Positions 9,918-18,357 of a stretch of 64,000 nt of DNA are shown here, one piece after another. The notes beneath the pieces are model-generated. The model saw only the letters and a program-made list of their open reading frames with translations, ran no database searches and was not told where the DNA came from. Position numbers and translations under genes: made by a program. Origin of the DNA: an uncultured delta proteobacterium (GTDB lineage Bacteria > Desulfobacterota > Binatia > UBA9968); the NCBI GenBank assembly GCA_963816145.1, contig CAWFJP010000030.1:224001-288000 (forward strand), read 5' to 3'. The number at the start of each line of letters is the position of its first letter. The first letter of the stretch is position 1.

Positions 9918-11789
9918 TTAACGCTCGGGATCTTTCTGCTCTTCGATTACTAGCCGCTGAGCCTCTTCGTCGGACAACGACTCCAATTCGTCGAGTAGCG
10001 TCATCAGGCCCTGGCCATCCAAAGTCTTTCCTCGATGGGCTGAGATTACCGCCGCCATAGCCTGGACGGTCGGAGATTCGAATATCGCTCGCAGCGGTAT
10101 TGCCAGCTGGAAATCATGGATCACTCGGTACACGACTCGATTGGCGGTCAGGGAATGGCCTCCCAGGTCGAAAAAATTGTCGTGGATGCCAATCGGTCGC
10201 ACATCGAGCACGTCCTCCCAGACTTGGACTAATGTCGATTGCGTCTCGTTCTGCGGCGCGGCGTATGACACGGCGAGCTTCGGCCGTCCACGATCGGGTT
10301 TAGGCAATGACCGGCGATCCAACTTCCCGTTCGTCAGCGGCAAACTGTCCATAAATACAAAAGTAGACGGCACCATGTAATCGGGCAGTTTGCTTCTGAT
10401 AAAGTTTTTCAGGTCGCTCACATTGAGAACAGCTTCCGGGCGCGCGACGATGTAACCGACCAAATACTCCTCTCCGAGCTCGCGGTTCCATGCCGTGACG
10501 CCGGCGTCCTTGACCTGAGGGTGGGCGAGCAATGCCCTCTCAATTTCGCCCAACTCCACCCGGAAACCGCGAATCTTCACCATCAGATCCTTTCGTCCCA
10601 GGTGGATCACGAATCCGTCCGGCAACATTCGGCCGAGATCGCCGGTCGGAAATAGGGTCTCGTCGGCGTTGTGAGAGTTCAGGGTTGTGGAAGACGGACG
10701 GCGGAACGGCCGGTTGAGGTATCGAGTTCGGACTGTGATCTCGCCGGTCTGCCCGGGTTGCGCTATGTTTCCATCCTCGCCGACTATCAGGATTCCCCTT
10801 CCGGGCCGCGGATATCCGACGGGAACCCCCTCCGCCGGCAGCTTGAAGTCTTGATCTATGAGGAAGGAAGCGAAGGTGTGCGTTTCCGTCGAGCCGATGG
10901 AAATTTCGCAGGTCGTTCTCGCCGGGAAATGCTTTCTATAGAGCTCGATTTCGACGTTGGACACGGGAGCGCCCGACAGATTGATCAGGCGCAAGGCGGA
11001 AAAGTTCATGCCGACCGGCAGCGACTGCGCGAACTGGCGAAACACCGCCGGCGTCGAATGAAAGCATGTGATTTGCTCCTCAAGCAACCAGTGCGGTATT
11101 CGATCTACCCCTTCGGTGCTGATATCGAAGGGATATATCGAGGCTCCGTTCAGCAAGGATTGATAGAGGTTTATGTGAGATGAACCAAAAGCAATGGAAT
11201 GAAACAGGGTGAGCTTGTCGTCAACACCGATCTTGTTTATCCGGCCGTGGATGACGCCGTTGAACACGATATTCTTATGGGGGCATACGATACCCTTGGG
11301 CGTTCCTGTCGATCCTGAAGTATACAGGAGACACGCCGGATCCTCGCCTTCGATGGAAAGTCCCGGGTTGTCGGCGGCAATCGACTGATCGAGCTGGTCA
11401 ACATTCAACCAACCCATCGACCGGCGCAGCTTCGGATTGGCGAGCCGCTCACCGCGGCTATTCGATAGCAACAAGCTAGCCCCGGTATCCGCGAGCATTC
11501 GAGCCTGTCTTTCGTCTGGAAGCGAGGGGTCCAGTCCTAGGTAGAATTTGCCGGCCTTTAACACTCCTAAGATTGCCGGGAACATGTCGATTCCATGTTG
11601 GAACAACAAAGGTATCGGCTCGCTCGTCGCGCCTCGCTGACTCAGGACTGCGTGCGCGATAAGATTCGCGGCGCGGTTGAGCTGATCGTAGGTCAGCGAC
11701 TGGCCCCCGTCCTTGACTGCCAGGCGTTCGGGATAAAGGCGCGCGATGCTCTCAAAGCGCGCGGGAATCGACGTTTCCACATTCTCCAT
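9918..11789 (-). CDS. Stand-alone NRPS-type adenylation-carrier (A-T) didomain protein
   Basis: YTSGSTGTPKG, TGDLG, GRKD..VKIRGFRVELGEIE, PLTNGKLDR, NFFDLGGHSL. The N-terminal extension of the paralogues is frameshifted upstream of the ATG. Confidence 0.88.
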   Translation of the reverse strand: MENVETSIPARFESIARLYPERLAVKDGGQSLTYDQLNRAANLIAHAVLSQRGATSEPIPLLFQHGIDMFPAILGVLKAGKFYLGLDPSLPDERQARMLADTGASLLLSNSRGERLANPKLRRSMGWLNVDQLDQSIAADNPGLSIEGEDPACLLYTSGSTGTPKGIVCPHKNIVFNGVIHGRINKIGVDDKLTLFHSIAFGSSHINLYQSLLNGASIYPFDISTEGVDRIPHWLLEEQITCFHSTPAVFRQFAQSLPVGMNFSALRLINLSGAPVSNVEIELYRKHFPARTTCEISIGSTETHTFASFLIDQDFKLPAEGVPVGYPRPGRGILIVGEDGNIAQPGQTGEITVRTRYLNRPFRRPSSTTLNSHNADETLFPTGDLGRMLPDGFVIHLGRKDLMVKIRGFRVELGEIERALLAHPQVKDAGVTAWNRELGEEYLVGYIVARPEAVLNVSDLKNFIRSKLPDYMVPSTFVFMDSLPLTNGKLDRRSLPKPDRGRPKLAVSYAAPQNETQSTLVQVWEDVLDVRPIGIHDNFFDLGGHSLTANRVVYRVIHDFQLAIPLRAIFESPTVQAMAAVISAHRGKTLDGQGLMTLLDELESLSDEEAQRLVIEEQKDPER

Positions 11790-11939
11790 GAACTAACTCA
11801 ACGAACATTTCGAGGGATGAACCTTCCCTCAATCGTCCTTCGGCAAGACCGGAAATTAAGGGCACCCGACCAGCCTGCCGATTCGTTTCTGTCCGGACCT
11901 TGCCCATTCCGTCAGAACTTATTGTAGGCCATGTCGATG

Positions 11940-12053
11940 CGCTGCGACAAGCCGGCGGCTTCGCCTAGTTCCGCGTGCCGACTGTGATCACCTGCCTGTC
12001 GTTGATGATGAGCGAGCTGCCGAAAACCTTTCCCAAGCTGCCGTTCAAATGTT
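11940..12053 (+). repeat. Decayed direct copy of an internal 3'-half segment of the amidohydrolase gene (9391-9594)
   Basis: Near-identical to 9391-9488, then jumps to 9582-9594 through the TTTCCCAA microhomology (93-nt deletion). Confidence 0.85.
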
Positions 12054-12064
12054 TAGTCCGTTCG

Positions 12065-12661
12065 TTACAGCGGCCGAATTTGCAGCTTGCGGAACTTTAC
12101 CAGGCCACGGGTGTACTGGATAGCGATCCGCCCACTGGTGAATCTGCTGTCCCGGCCTTCGGCTGTGCGCTCGCCGTTGAGCATGACGGTCATCAGCGAA
12201 CCTTTCGCAGTGATCTCCATGGTGTTCCATCGTCCGCCCGCCTTCGGAATGGGTGGCGACACTTTGGCAATGTCGACGATTGCGCCGGTGCTATAAGCGG
12301 CCTCCGGACGATCGTCGTTGATATTCACTTCGTAGCAGATGGCCGAGCTGATCTTTTGCGGATCGCCGCAGCGAATGAAAATGCCGCTATTGGCCGGCGT
12401 ATCGACCCAGAACTCCGCGCGGATCTGCAAGTCGGTATACGAGTTCTTCGACACCAAATAGCCATTGCCCTGATCCGCTTGCACGACGCCGTCCAGCACC
12501 CGCCAATTGGCTTTACCGACGGTGGTCCAGTGATCCAAGTTGGTGCCGTCGAGCAGCGTGATCCAGCCGGAGTCCGTCGGCTCGCCTGCCTGGTGAACGC
12601 AGCCGGAGATTGGCAGACCGAACAAAGCCAGCAGCACCCCCATCGCTCGCAAATGATTCAT
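12065..12661 (-). CDS. DUF1080 (3-keto-disaccharide hydrolase-like) lipoprotein
   Basis: Lipobox ISGC; GWITLLDG, NSGIFIR, YEVNI, WNTMEI, GRIAIQ, VKFRKLQIRPL. Confidence 0.85.
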   Translation of the reverse strand: MNHLRAMGVLLALFGLPISGCVHQAGEPTDSGWITLLDGTNLDHWTTVGKANWRVLDGVVQADQGNGYLVSKNSYTDLQIRAEFWVDTPANSGIFIRCGDPQKISSAICYEVNINDDRPEAAYSTGAIVDIAKVSPPIPKAGGRWNTMEITAKGSLMTVMLNGERTAEGRDSRFTSGRIAIQYTRGLVKFRKLQIRPL

Positions 12662-12682
12662 GTTAAATCCCCCGCGCGATCC

Positions 12683-13069
12683 TTATATGACCTTGGCGCC
12701 GCGCTCGACCAACAATCGACGGAGCAACGAACGATGGCAGCGCGCCTCATCGTCGCAGTAGCAACCGACCGAGAAGTCGGTTCCATGAGAGAGAGCCGCC
12801 AGCAAATCGAGCACCCGACTATTTTCAGGACTGGCCATCTCGTGGCGATAGCGCTTCACGAAAGCGGCCCACTGGCGGTCGTTTTCAGCCGTGAGCGCAA
12901 GTTTGACCGTTGCAGACGTGGGGGACAAATTGGGCAGCCAGACGTCGTACCAGTTGCCTGATGAAAACTTGGACTTGGATACGCCGCGCGGCGGCCTGCG
13001 CACCGTACCGATGCGCAAGCCCTCATTGGGAAATCTTTTACTGCCAAGACGAACGATTCGGATAGCCAT
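12683..13069 (-). CDS. DUF488 family protein (YeaO-like)
   Basis: Start MAIRIVRLG; RRPPRGV, WLPNLSP, CYCDDEARCHRSLL. Confidence 0.8.
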   Translation of the reverse strand: MAIRIVRLGSKRFPNEGLRIGTVRRPPRGVSKSKFSSGNWYDVWLPNLSPTSATVKLALTAENDRQWAAFVKRYRHEMASPENSRVLDLLAALSHGTDFSVGCYCDDEARCHRSLLRRLLVERGAKVI

Positions 13070-13229
13070 AGGGTTCCGCCTTTCAGGCGCTGGACTCAGC
13101 ACACAGAAAATAGTCTCGTAGCATTTTTTCAGCGCAATCCACCAACCCGTTTGTAGCACGATTTGACATGCACAATCTGCTAATTAATAGTCAACCGAGC
13201 CCAATTCATCAGAGAAGGACATTGCCCGC

Positions 13230-14621
13230 ATGCCCAAAGACCTGCGCAGTTTCATCGCTGAAATCGAAGTCAAACATCCCGAAGAACTGGCGCGGGTGGC
13301 GAGAGCGATCTCGCCGCGCTATGAGATCACGGCGTTATTGACACAGTTGGAAAAGGCCAAACGATTTCCACTGCTCTACTGCGAGAAGGTCGAAGGCGGT
13401 GATGCCCCGGTGGTGATCAACGCGCAAGCGAGCCGCAAGCTGATGGCGCTGGCGCTGGAGTGCAAGCCGGAAGAGCTGGCGGCGAAGTTCACCGAGCGCC
13501 AAGGCAAGCCGATCGCGCCGGTGGAAGTTGCCGACGCGCCGGTGCAGCAAGTCGTCAAGCTTGGCGACGACATCGATCTGACCAAAGTGCCGCTCCTCAC
13601 CCACTACGATGTCAACGCCGCGCCCTACGTTACCGCCGGCATCGTCGTCGCGGCCGATCCCGATAGCGGCGTGCGCAACACCAGCTACAACCGCTTGATG
13701 ATGGCGGGCAAACGCGAGCTGCGCATCTTCATGGCCATCGGCCGCCACCTATGGACGCTGCACAACAAGATGGAGCGGCACAACGAAGCCCTGCCCATCG
13801 CCATCGTCGTCGGCGTCCATCCGCTCTTTTCGCTTGGCGCTCAGGCTTTCACACCATCCACCGACGATGAATACGCCGTCATCGGCGGCATGATGAACGA
13901 ACCGCTGCGCGTCGTGAAAGCCAAAACCATCCCCGTGCTCGTGCCCGCCGACGCGGAGCTGATCATTGAAGGGAAGATTCTGCCGGATATTCGACGCGAA
14001 GAAGGCCCCTTCGGTGAGTTCACCGGCCATGCGGTCTCCAAAGATGAACGCCCGGTGGTCGAGGTGACGGCGATCACGCACCGTAAGAACTATATTTTCC
14101 AAGACGTCCATGCCGGTTACACTGAGCATAAACTCATGGGCGCGGTGCCGCGCGAAGCGGCGCTCATCCGCGCCGTGCGCCAAACCGTGCCGACAGTGAA
14201 AAACGTCTGTATGCCGGTGTCGGGCAACTGCCGTTTTCACGCCTATATTTCGATAGCCAAGCGCGGCCCCGGCCAGGCGAAAAACGCCATTTGCGCCGCC
14301 TTCGCCTCAGACATGCTGCTCAAACATGTCGTCATTGTCGACGACGACATCGATGTCTTCGATGAAGAACAAGTGCTCTGGGCGGTGTCGAACCGCTTTC
14401 AAGCCGACAAAGACCTGGTAGTCATCGCCCACGCTCAGGGCAGCGAACTCGATCCCTCCGCCGGCCCCGGCGGTGTCAACGCCAAGATGGGCCTGGACGC
14501 GACCAAACCGCTAACTGGCTTCGCGCCGGAACTGCGTGTGCCGGATGACGTGATGCGGAAAATTCGGCTGGAAGATTTCTTGCCGACAAAAACTCGGTCA
14601 GGGGTGAAGGGTCAGGGGTGA
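13230..14621 (+). CDS. UbiD family decarboxylase
   Basis: DLRSFI, EGPFGEFTGH, VIVDDDIDVFD, LDPS, KMGLDATKP. Confidence 0.9.
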   Translation: MPKDLRSFIAEIEVKHPEELARVARAISPRYEITALLTQLEKAKRFPLLYCEKVEGGDAPVVINAQASRKLMALALECKPEELAAKFTERQGKPIAPVEVADAPVQQVVKLGDDIDLTKVPLLTHYDVNAAPYVTAGIVVAADPDSGVRNTSYNRLMMAGKRELRIFMAIGRHLWTLHNKMERHNEALPIAIVVGVHPLFSLGAQAFTPSTDDEYAVIGGMMNEPLRVVKAKTIPVLVPADAELIIEGKILPDIRREEGPFGEFTGHAVSKDERPVVEVTAITHRKNYIFQDVHAGYTEHKLMGAVPREAALIRAVRQTVPTVKNVCMPVSGNCRFHAYISIAKRGPGQAKNAICAAFASDMLLKHVVIVDDDIDVFDEEQVLWAVSNRFQADKDLVVIAHAQGSELDPSAGPGGVNAKMGLDATKPLTGFAPELRVPDDVMRKIRLEDFLPTKTRSGVKGQG

Positions 14622-14670
14622 GGCGACCTCTCATCCGCCCAACGCTTTATCCTTCACCCCTAACCCCTTT
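14598..14670. repeat. Periodic palindrome (GGGTGAA/GGGTCAG)n / (CCTTCAC)n between convergent genes
   Basis: caggggtgaagggtcaggggtgagg ... ccttcacccctaacccctt; overlaps the UbiD stop codon. Confidence 0.55.
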
Positions 14671-14685
14671 CGATTTGCCCCAATG

Positions 14686-15657
14686 TTACTCCAACGAAAA
14701 CCTCACACCAGCACCCTGCTCCACCGCCCAGCGATACGCCCACGCCGCCGCCACGGTATCCCAGATCGCCATTCCGACGGATTCGAAGACGACGGTTTGG
14801 TTTTCGCGCACGCGGCGGGGAATTTTTCCCAGGATGACGTCGCCCAGCTCGCCGGCGATTTTCTCCGCCGACCAACTACCGTCGGCGATCATCGCCATGT
14901 AGGGCTGGCGCGGTGCTTCGCCGCCGAGGAGCTCTTCTTTCCAGGACACGATGACACGGGAGTGTGTCACCGTCTGGCGCGGCAGTTGCCCGCTGGTGAT
15001 GGAAACAACCAGCGCGCCCGGTTCGATCCATTCCGATTCGATCACGGTCGAGCGCGAACTGGTTGCCAAGCTGACGATCGGTTGGTTTTCGACCGCATTT
15101 TTTGCACTCTCGACAGCTTCGACTTCAATATTAAGAAATGCGCTCATCTCCTTGGCGAACGACTCGCGATGCTCTTTCGTCGAGCTGAAAACTTTTACTT
15201 TCTTCAGCCCCGGCAGCGCCCGGGCGACCGCGGTGATTTGACCGCGGGCTTGCCGACCGCTGCCGACCAGGCCGAGGGTATCCGCCCCTTTGGGCGCCAG
15301 ATATTTACAGGCAACACCGCCCGGTGCGCCAGTGCGCCAAATGTTCAGATTTTTCCCGGCCACGAGCGCGAGCAGATCGCCGCTCTCGCCGTCGAAGAGC
15401 ACGATAAAATACGCATCCTTGGCGCCCCGGAAAAGCGCGCTAACACGCATGCCCTGGCCCGCCCCCGGCACGGCGGAAGTCATAATGCGGTATTTATTCT
15501 TGGGTTCGAGCAGGCTGGTTTCGATGCGCGCCTGTCCGGCAATTTTGGCGCTGTTGAAATCTCCCATCGAAGCTTCGATCAACGGCAGTAGCGCGTCCAT
15601 ATTCTCCGGCTGGTAGTATAAGGGAGCCAAATCTTTCTCACCGAGCAGTAATGGCAT
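14686..15657 (-). CDS. Ornithine cyclodeaminase / mu-crystallin family protein
   Basis: RTGA, GSGRQA, ELGDVILGK..R, FESVGMAIWD; SD GGAGG before MPLLLG. Confidence 0.88.
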   Translation of the reverse strand: MPLLLGEKDLAPLYYQPENMDALLPLIEASMGDFNSAKIAGQARIETSLLEPKNKYRIMTSAVPGAGQGMRVSALFRGAKDAYFIVLFDGESGDLLALVAGKNLNIWRTGAPGGVACKYLAPKGADTLGLVGSGRQARGQITAVARALPGLKKVKVFSSTKEHRESFAKEMSAFLNIEVEAVESAKNAVENQPIVSLATSSRSTVIESEWIEPGALVVSITSGQLPRQTVTHSRVIVSWKEELLGGEAPRQPYMAMIADGSWSAEKIAGELGDVILGKIPRRVRENQTVVFESVGMAIWDTVAAAWAYRWAVEQGAGVRFSLE

Positions 15658-15741
15658 GGTATAATCCTCCAGATTCAATCGACATTCTAAGTCCAGTCGG
15701 GGTGGTCGCTGTTAAGCCCCGGCCAAAGGGTAAAGTTCTAG

Positions 15742-15770
15742 TTGACATACTGGTATCTGACGGATAGCTT
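15742..15770 (+). promoter_or_regulatory. Putative sigma70 promoter of the amidase-actin operon
   Basis: TTGACA (15742-15747), 17 nt, TAGCTT (15765-15770). Confidence 0.5.
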
Positions 15771-15808
15771 TTTCTCAATTCGCGCGAGCTTTCTCGACAA
15801 TTTTTTAA

Positions 15809-16804
15809 ATGGCGGTCTCTGACAATACCAAGGCGAAACTCCTGCGCGGCGTGGTGCAGGATAACGTCGACATCGTCCAGGGCGTTCGGACCAAACGCGC
15901 CAGCAAGCGCAAAGTGTCGCTACGCTACTGGTTTTCAGCGGGCATCGGCGTCGCAGGGCTGGCCTATTTGACGGCCCCCTCGCAAGTGGTTTCCACGGCC
16001 AACACGACGCCAACCGATGCGATCGGCACAGTTTCTGCCACCAATATCGCGCAAACACCGGAATCCGCGGCGCCGCTCGATTCGCCCCGGCCGTTGGACA
16101 AAAAAGCAGTGCCGCTGGCGATCAAGCGGATCGTTATCGATCCTGGCCATGGCGGCGAGCCCGGCGCCATATCGGACTCGGGCGTCATGGAAAAAGAAAT
16201 CACCCTGGACGTGGCACTGCGCCTGCGCCGGCTCATGGCGAAAGAGCCCTATGAAATCCTCCTCACGCGCCAAACCGACCAATTGGTGTCGCTCGACAAG
16301 CGGGTGGCGTTTGCCAATGAAAACAAGGGCGATCTATTCGTCTCGATCCATGTCAACTCGATGGAACCGAAAACCCTTCGCGCCCTGGAAACTTATTATG
16401 TCGGCCCCACTGACGACCCGGCGACGCTCAGGCTGGCAAGCATCGAGAACAAGGACTCGGGCTACTCGCTATCGGACTATAAGAAGATCTTGGAAAAGAT
16501 CTATGTCGACGAGCGCCATGACGAATCCAGGATCTTGGCCAAAACGATCCAAGCCCAGCTGCATCATTCACTTAAACCCGTCAATCCGGCACTGGAAAAC
16601 CGCGGCGTCAAAACCGCCCCGTTTGTGGTCCTGATCGGCACGCAAATGCCGGCTATCCTGGTCGAGATCTCGGCGCTATCCAACGGGGAAGAAGTGAAGT
16701 TATTGACAAAAGAAGATTATCGCGAAAATATCGCCCTGGCCCTGCTCCAGGGCATCAAGAACTACGCGCGCAATTTCAACGTTCCCGCGAGGAAAGGCAA
16801 TTAG
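15809..16804 (+). CDS. N-acetylmuramoyl-L-alanine amidase (Amidase_3), membrane-anchored, no AMIN domain
   Basis: IDPGHGG, EKEITL, FVSIHVNS, RGVKTAPFVVL, PAILVE Zn ligands and catalytic Glu; hydrophobic segment after about 38 residues. Confidence 0.9.
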   Translation: MAVSDNTKAKLLRGVVQDNVDIVQGVRTKRASKRKVSLRYWFSAGIGVAGLAYLTAPSQVVSTANTTPTDAIGTVSATNIAQTPESAAPLDSPRPLDKKAVPLAIKRIVIDPGHGGEPGAISDSGVMEKEITLDVALRLRRLMAKEPYEILLTRQTDQLVSLDKRVAFANENKGDLFVSIHVNSMEPKTLRALETYYVGPTDDPATLRLASIENKDSGYSLSDYKKILEKIYVDERHDESRILAKTIQAQLHHSLKPVNPALENRGVKTAPFVVLIGTQMPAILVEISALSNGEEVKLLTKEDYRENIALALLQGIKNYARNFNVPARKGN

Positions 16805-16807
16805 GTC

Positions 16808-17839
16808 ATGGAAGAAAGCAACGAACCCCTTTGTGTCGGCATCGATCTCGGCACCTCACGCAGCTCGATCTCCGCGTCCAACGGCGAACGCCATGTGATC
16901 GACAGCTACGTCGGTTGGCCCCTGGACATGGTGGCGCGCAAGATCGTCAAGAAAAGCGTATTAATCGGTCGCGAGGCGCTCGATAACCGCTCCATGCTCG
17001 ATCTGCGCCGCCCGCTCGAACGGGGCATCATGAAAGAAGGCTCGGAAAAGGACCAAGAAGCCGTGCAGGAGATCTTGAAACATCTAATCAATCTGGCCGG
17101 CATCAAACAAAAGGGTAAAAACAAGTCGAAAGTTCGCGCCGTGGTCGGCGTCCCCGCGGAAGCCTTTCGGGTCAGTCGGCAGAACTTGCGCAATACCATG
17201 GAAGGTATCGCCGACAGCGTCATGCTGGTTTCCGAGCCCTTTGCCGTGGCCTATGGGCTGGAAGCGCTGCTGCACGCCCTGGTGATCGACATCGGCGCTG
17301 GGACGGCGGACTTTTGCGTCATGCAAGGGCGCTATCCCACCGAAGACGACCAGCGAACTTTATCTGCCGCCGGTGATTCCATCGATGAGCAGTTGGAAAA
17401 ATTGATTCGCGAACACTACCCTGAGGCGCAGTTCTCGGTGCACATGATTCGCCAATGGAAGGAACGTTATAGCTTTGTCGGTGAACCCAAAGACCGGATT
17501 ATCGTTACCGCGCCGGTAAAGGGCAAAGTCACCGACCTCGATATTACTACTGAGATGCGCGCCGCCTGCGAAAGTATCCTGCCGCCGATCTGCGAGACCT
17601 TGCAAGATATACTATCGAAAGTGGAGCCGGACTTCCAGGACAAAGTCCGCAACAATGTCATCCTCGCCGGCGGGAGCTCCCTGATTAGCGGATTGACCGA
17701 TGCGATCCAGAAATCGCTGGCCGAACTTGGCGGCGGCCGGGCGACGGTAGTCAAAGATCCGGTATTCGCCGGCTGCGACGGCGGCTTGGCCATCGCCCGC
17801 GATGCGTCAAGTTCGGATTGGGAGAAGCTGTCGCTGTAA
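16808..17839 (+). CDS. mamK: MamK-like bacterial actin
   Basis: GIDLGTS, SYVGWP.D, PL..G, AVVGVPA, VSEPFAVAYGL, IDIGAGT.D.C.M.G..P..DQ.TL..AG, KE.YSFVG, NVILAGGS, VKDP.FAGC.G.L, terminal W.KL. From recall this is collinear with Magnetospirillum MamK rather than MreB; the symbol denotes family only. Confidence 0.8.
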   Translation: MEESNEPLCVGIDLGTSRSSISASNGERHVIDSYVGWPLDMVARKIVKKSVLIGREALDNRSMLDLRRPLERGIMKEGSEKDQEAVQEILKHLINLAGIKQKGKNKSKVRAVVGVPAEAFRVSRQNLRNTMEGIADSVMLVSEPFAVAYGLEALLHALVIDIGAGTADFCVMQGRYPTEDDQRTLSAAGDSIDEQLEKLIREHYPEAQFSVHMIRQWKERYSFVGEPKDRIIVTAPVKGKVTDLDITTEMRAACESILPPICETLQDILSKVEPDFQDKVRNNVILAGGSSLISGLTDAIQKSLAELGGGRATVVKDPVFAGCDGGLAIARDASSSDWEKLSL

Positions 17840-17865
17840 GTTCCGCCGGCGAATAATCCCAAGCC

Positions 17866-18210
17866 ATGGAAAGTTGGACGAACTGCTCGCTGGCGTTCGC
17901 CGCCGGCATAGGCGTGGGCATCGCCCTGATACACGTAAAGCCCTATCTATTCGCCGCCAAGAAACGCCGCACCGAGCTAGTCGTCGCGCGCAGCCGTATT
18001 CTTGCCGGTATCAAAGAAAAACATGAGGAAGAAATCTTAGATGAAGCCTTTCGCACCACCGAAGCGATTAAAGGCGAACTAGATAAATCGCTGCAAACAC
18101 TGCGACGCACTCTAAACGCGGTCACGATCCCGACGGTTCCCGACTCCCCACAGCTCAAACCGATCATTCAATTATCGAACCCAGTCAAGTCGGGGCCATC
18201 GACATCCTAG
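17866..18210 (+). CDS. Hypothetical single-TM protein with a helical/coiled-coil tail; third gene of the operon
   Basis: LAFAAGIGVGIALI TM, then AAKKRR and a charged helix; starts 26 nt after the actin stop. Confidence 0.65.
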   Translation: MESWTNCSLAFAAGIGVGIALIHVKPYLFAAKKRRTELVVARSRILAGIKEKHEEEILDEAFRTTEAIKGELDKSLQTLRRTLNAVTIPTVPDSPQLKPIIQLSNPVKSGPSTS

Positions 18211-18357
18211 GTTTGCCGCAGACTTTGCTTGCGCCCGCCGCTAGGCACGGCGCACTTTGCAACTCAGCATATTGACAAGCAGCGGCGGGAATTGGATAAG
18301 TGCCTGCGGAGGCTTTGCGAATGAAATTTTGAAGGGAGTGTTGGCGACACTGCTCGC

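Noticed and set aside
11975-12961. 328-aa + strand ORF beginning MPTVITCLSLMM
   Set aside because: Starts in the duplicated amidohydrolase fragment and continues as the antisense shadow of DUF1080 and DUF488.
15809-18210. Magnetosome island or canonical mreB locus
   Set aside because: No other mam/mms/mad genes and no mreC/mreD in the window; only the actin is MamK-like.
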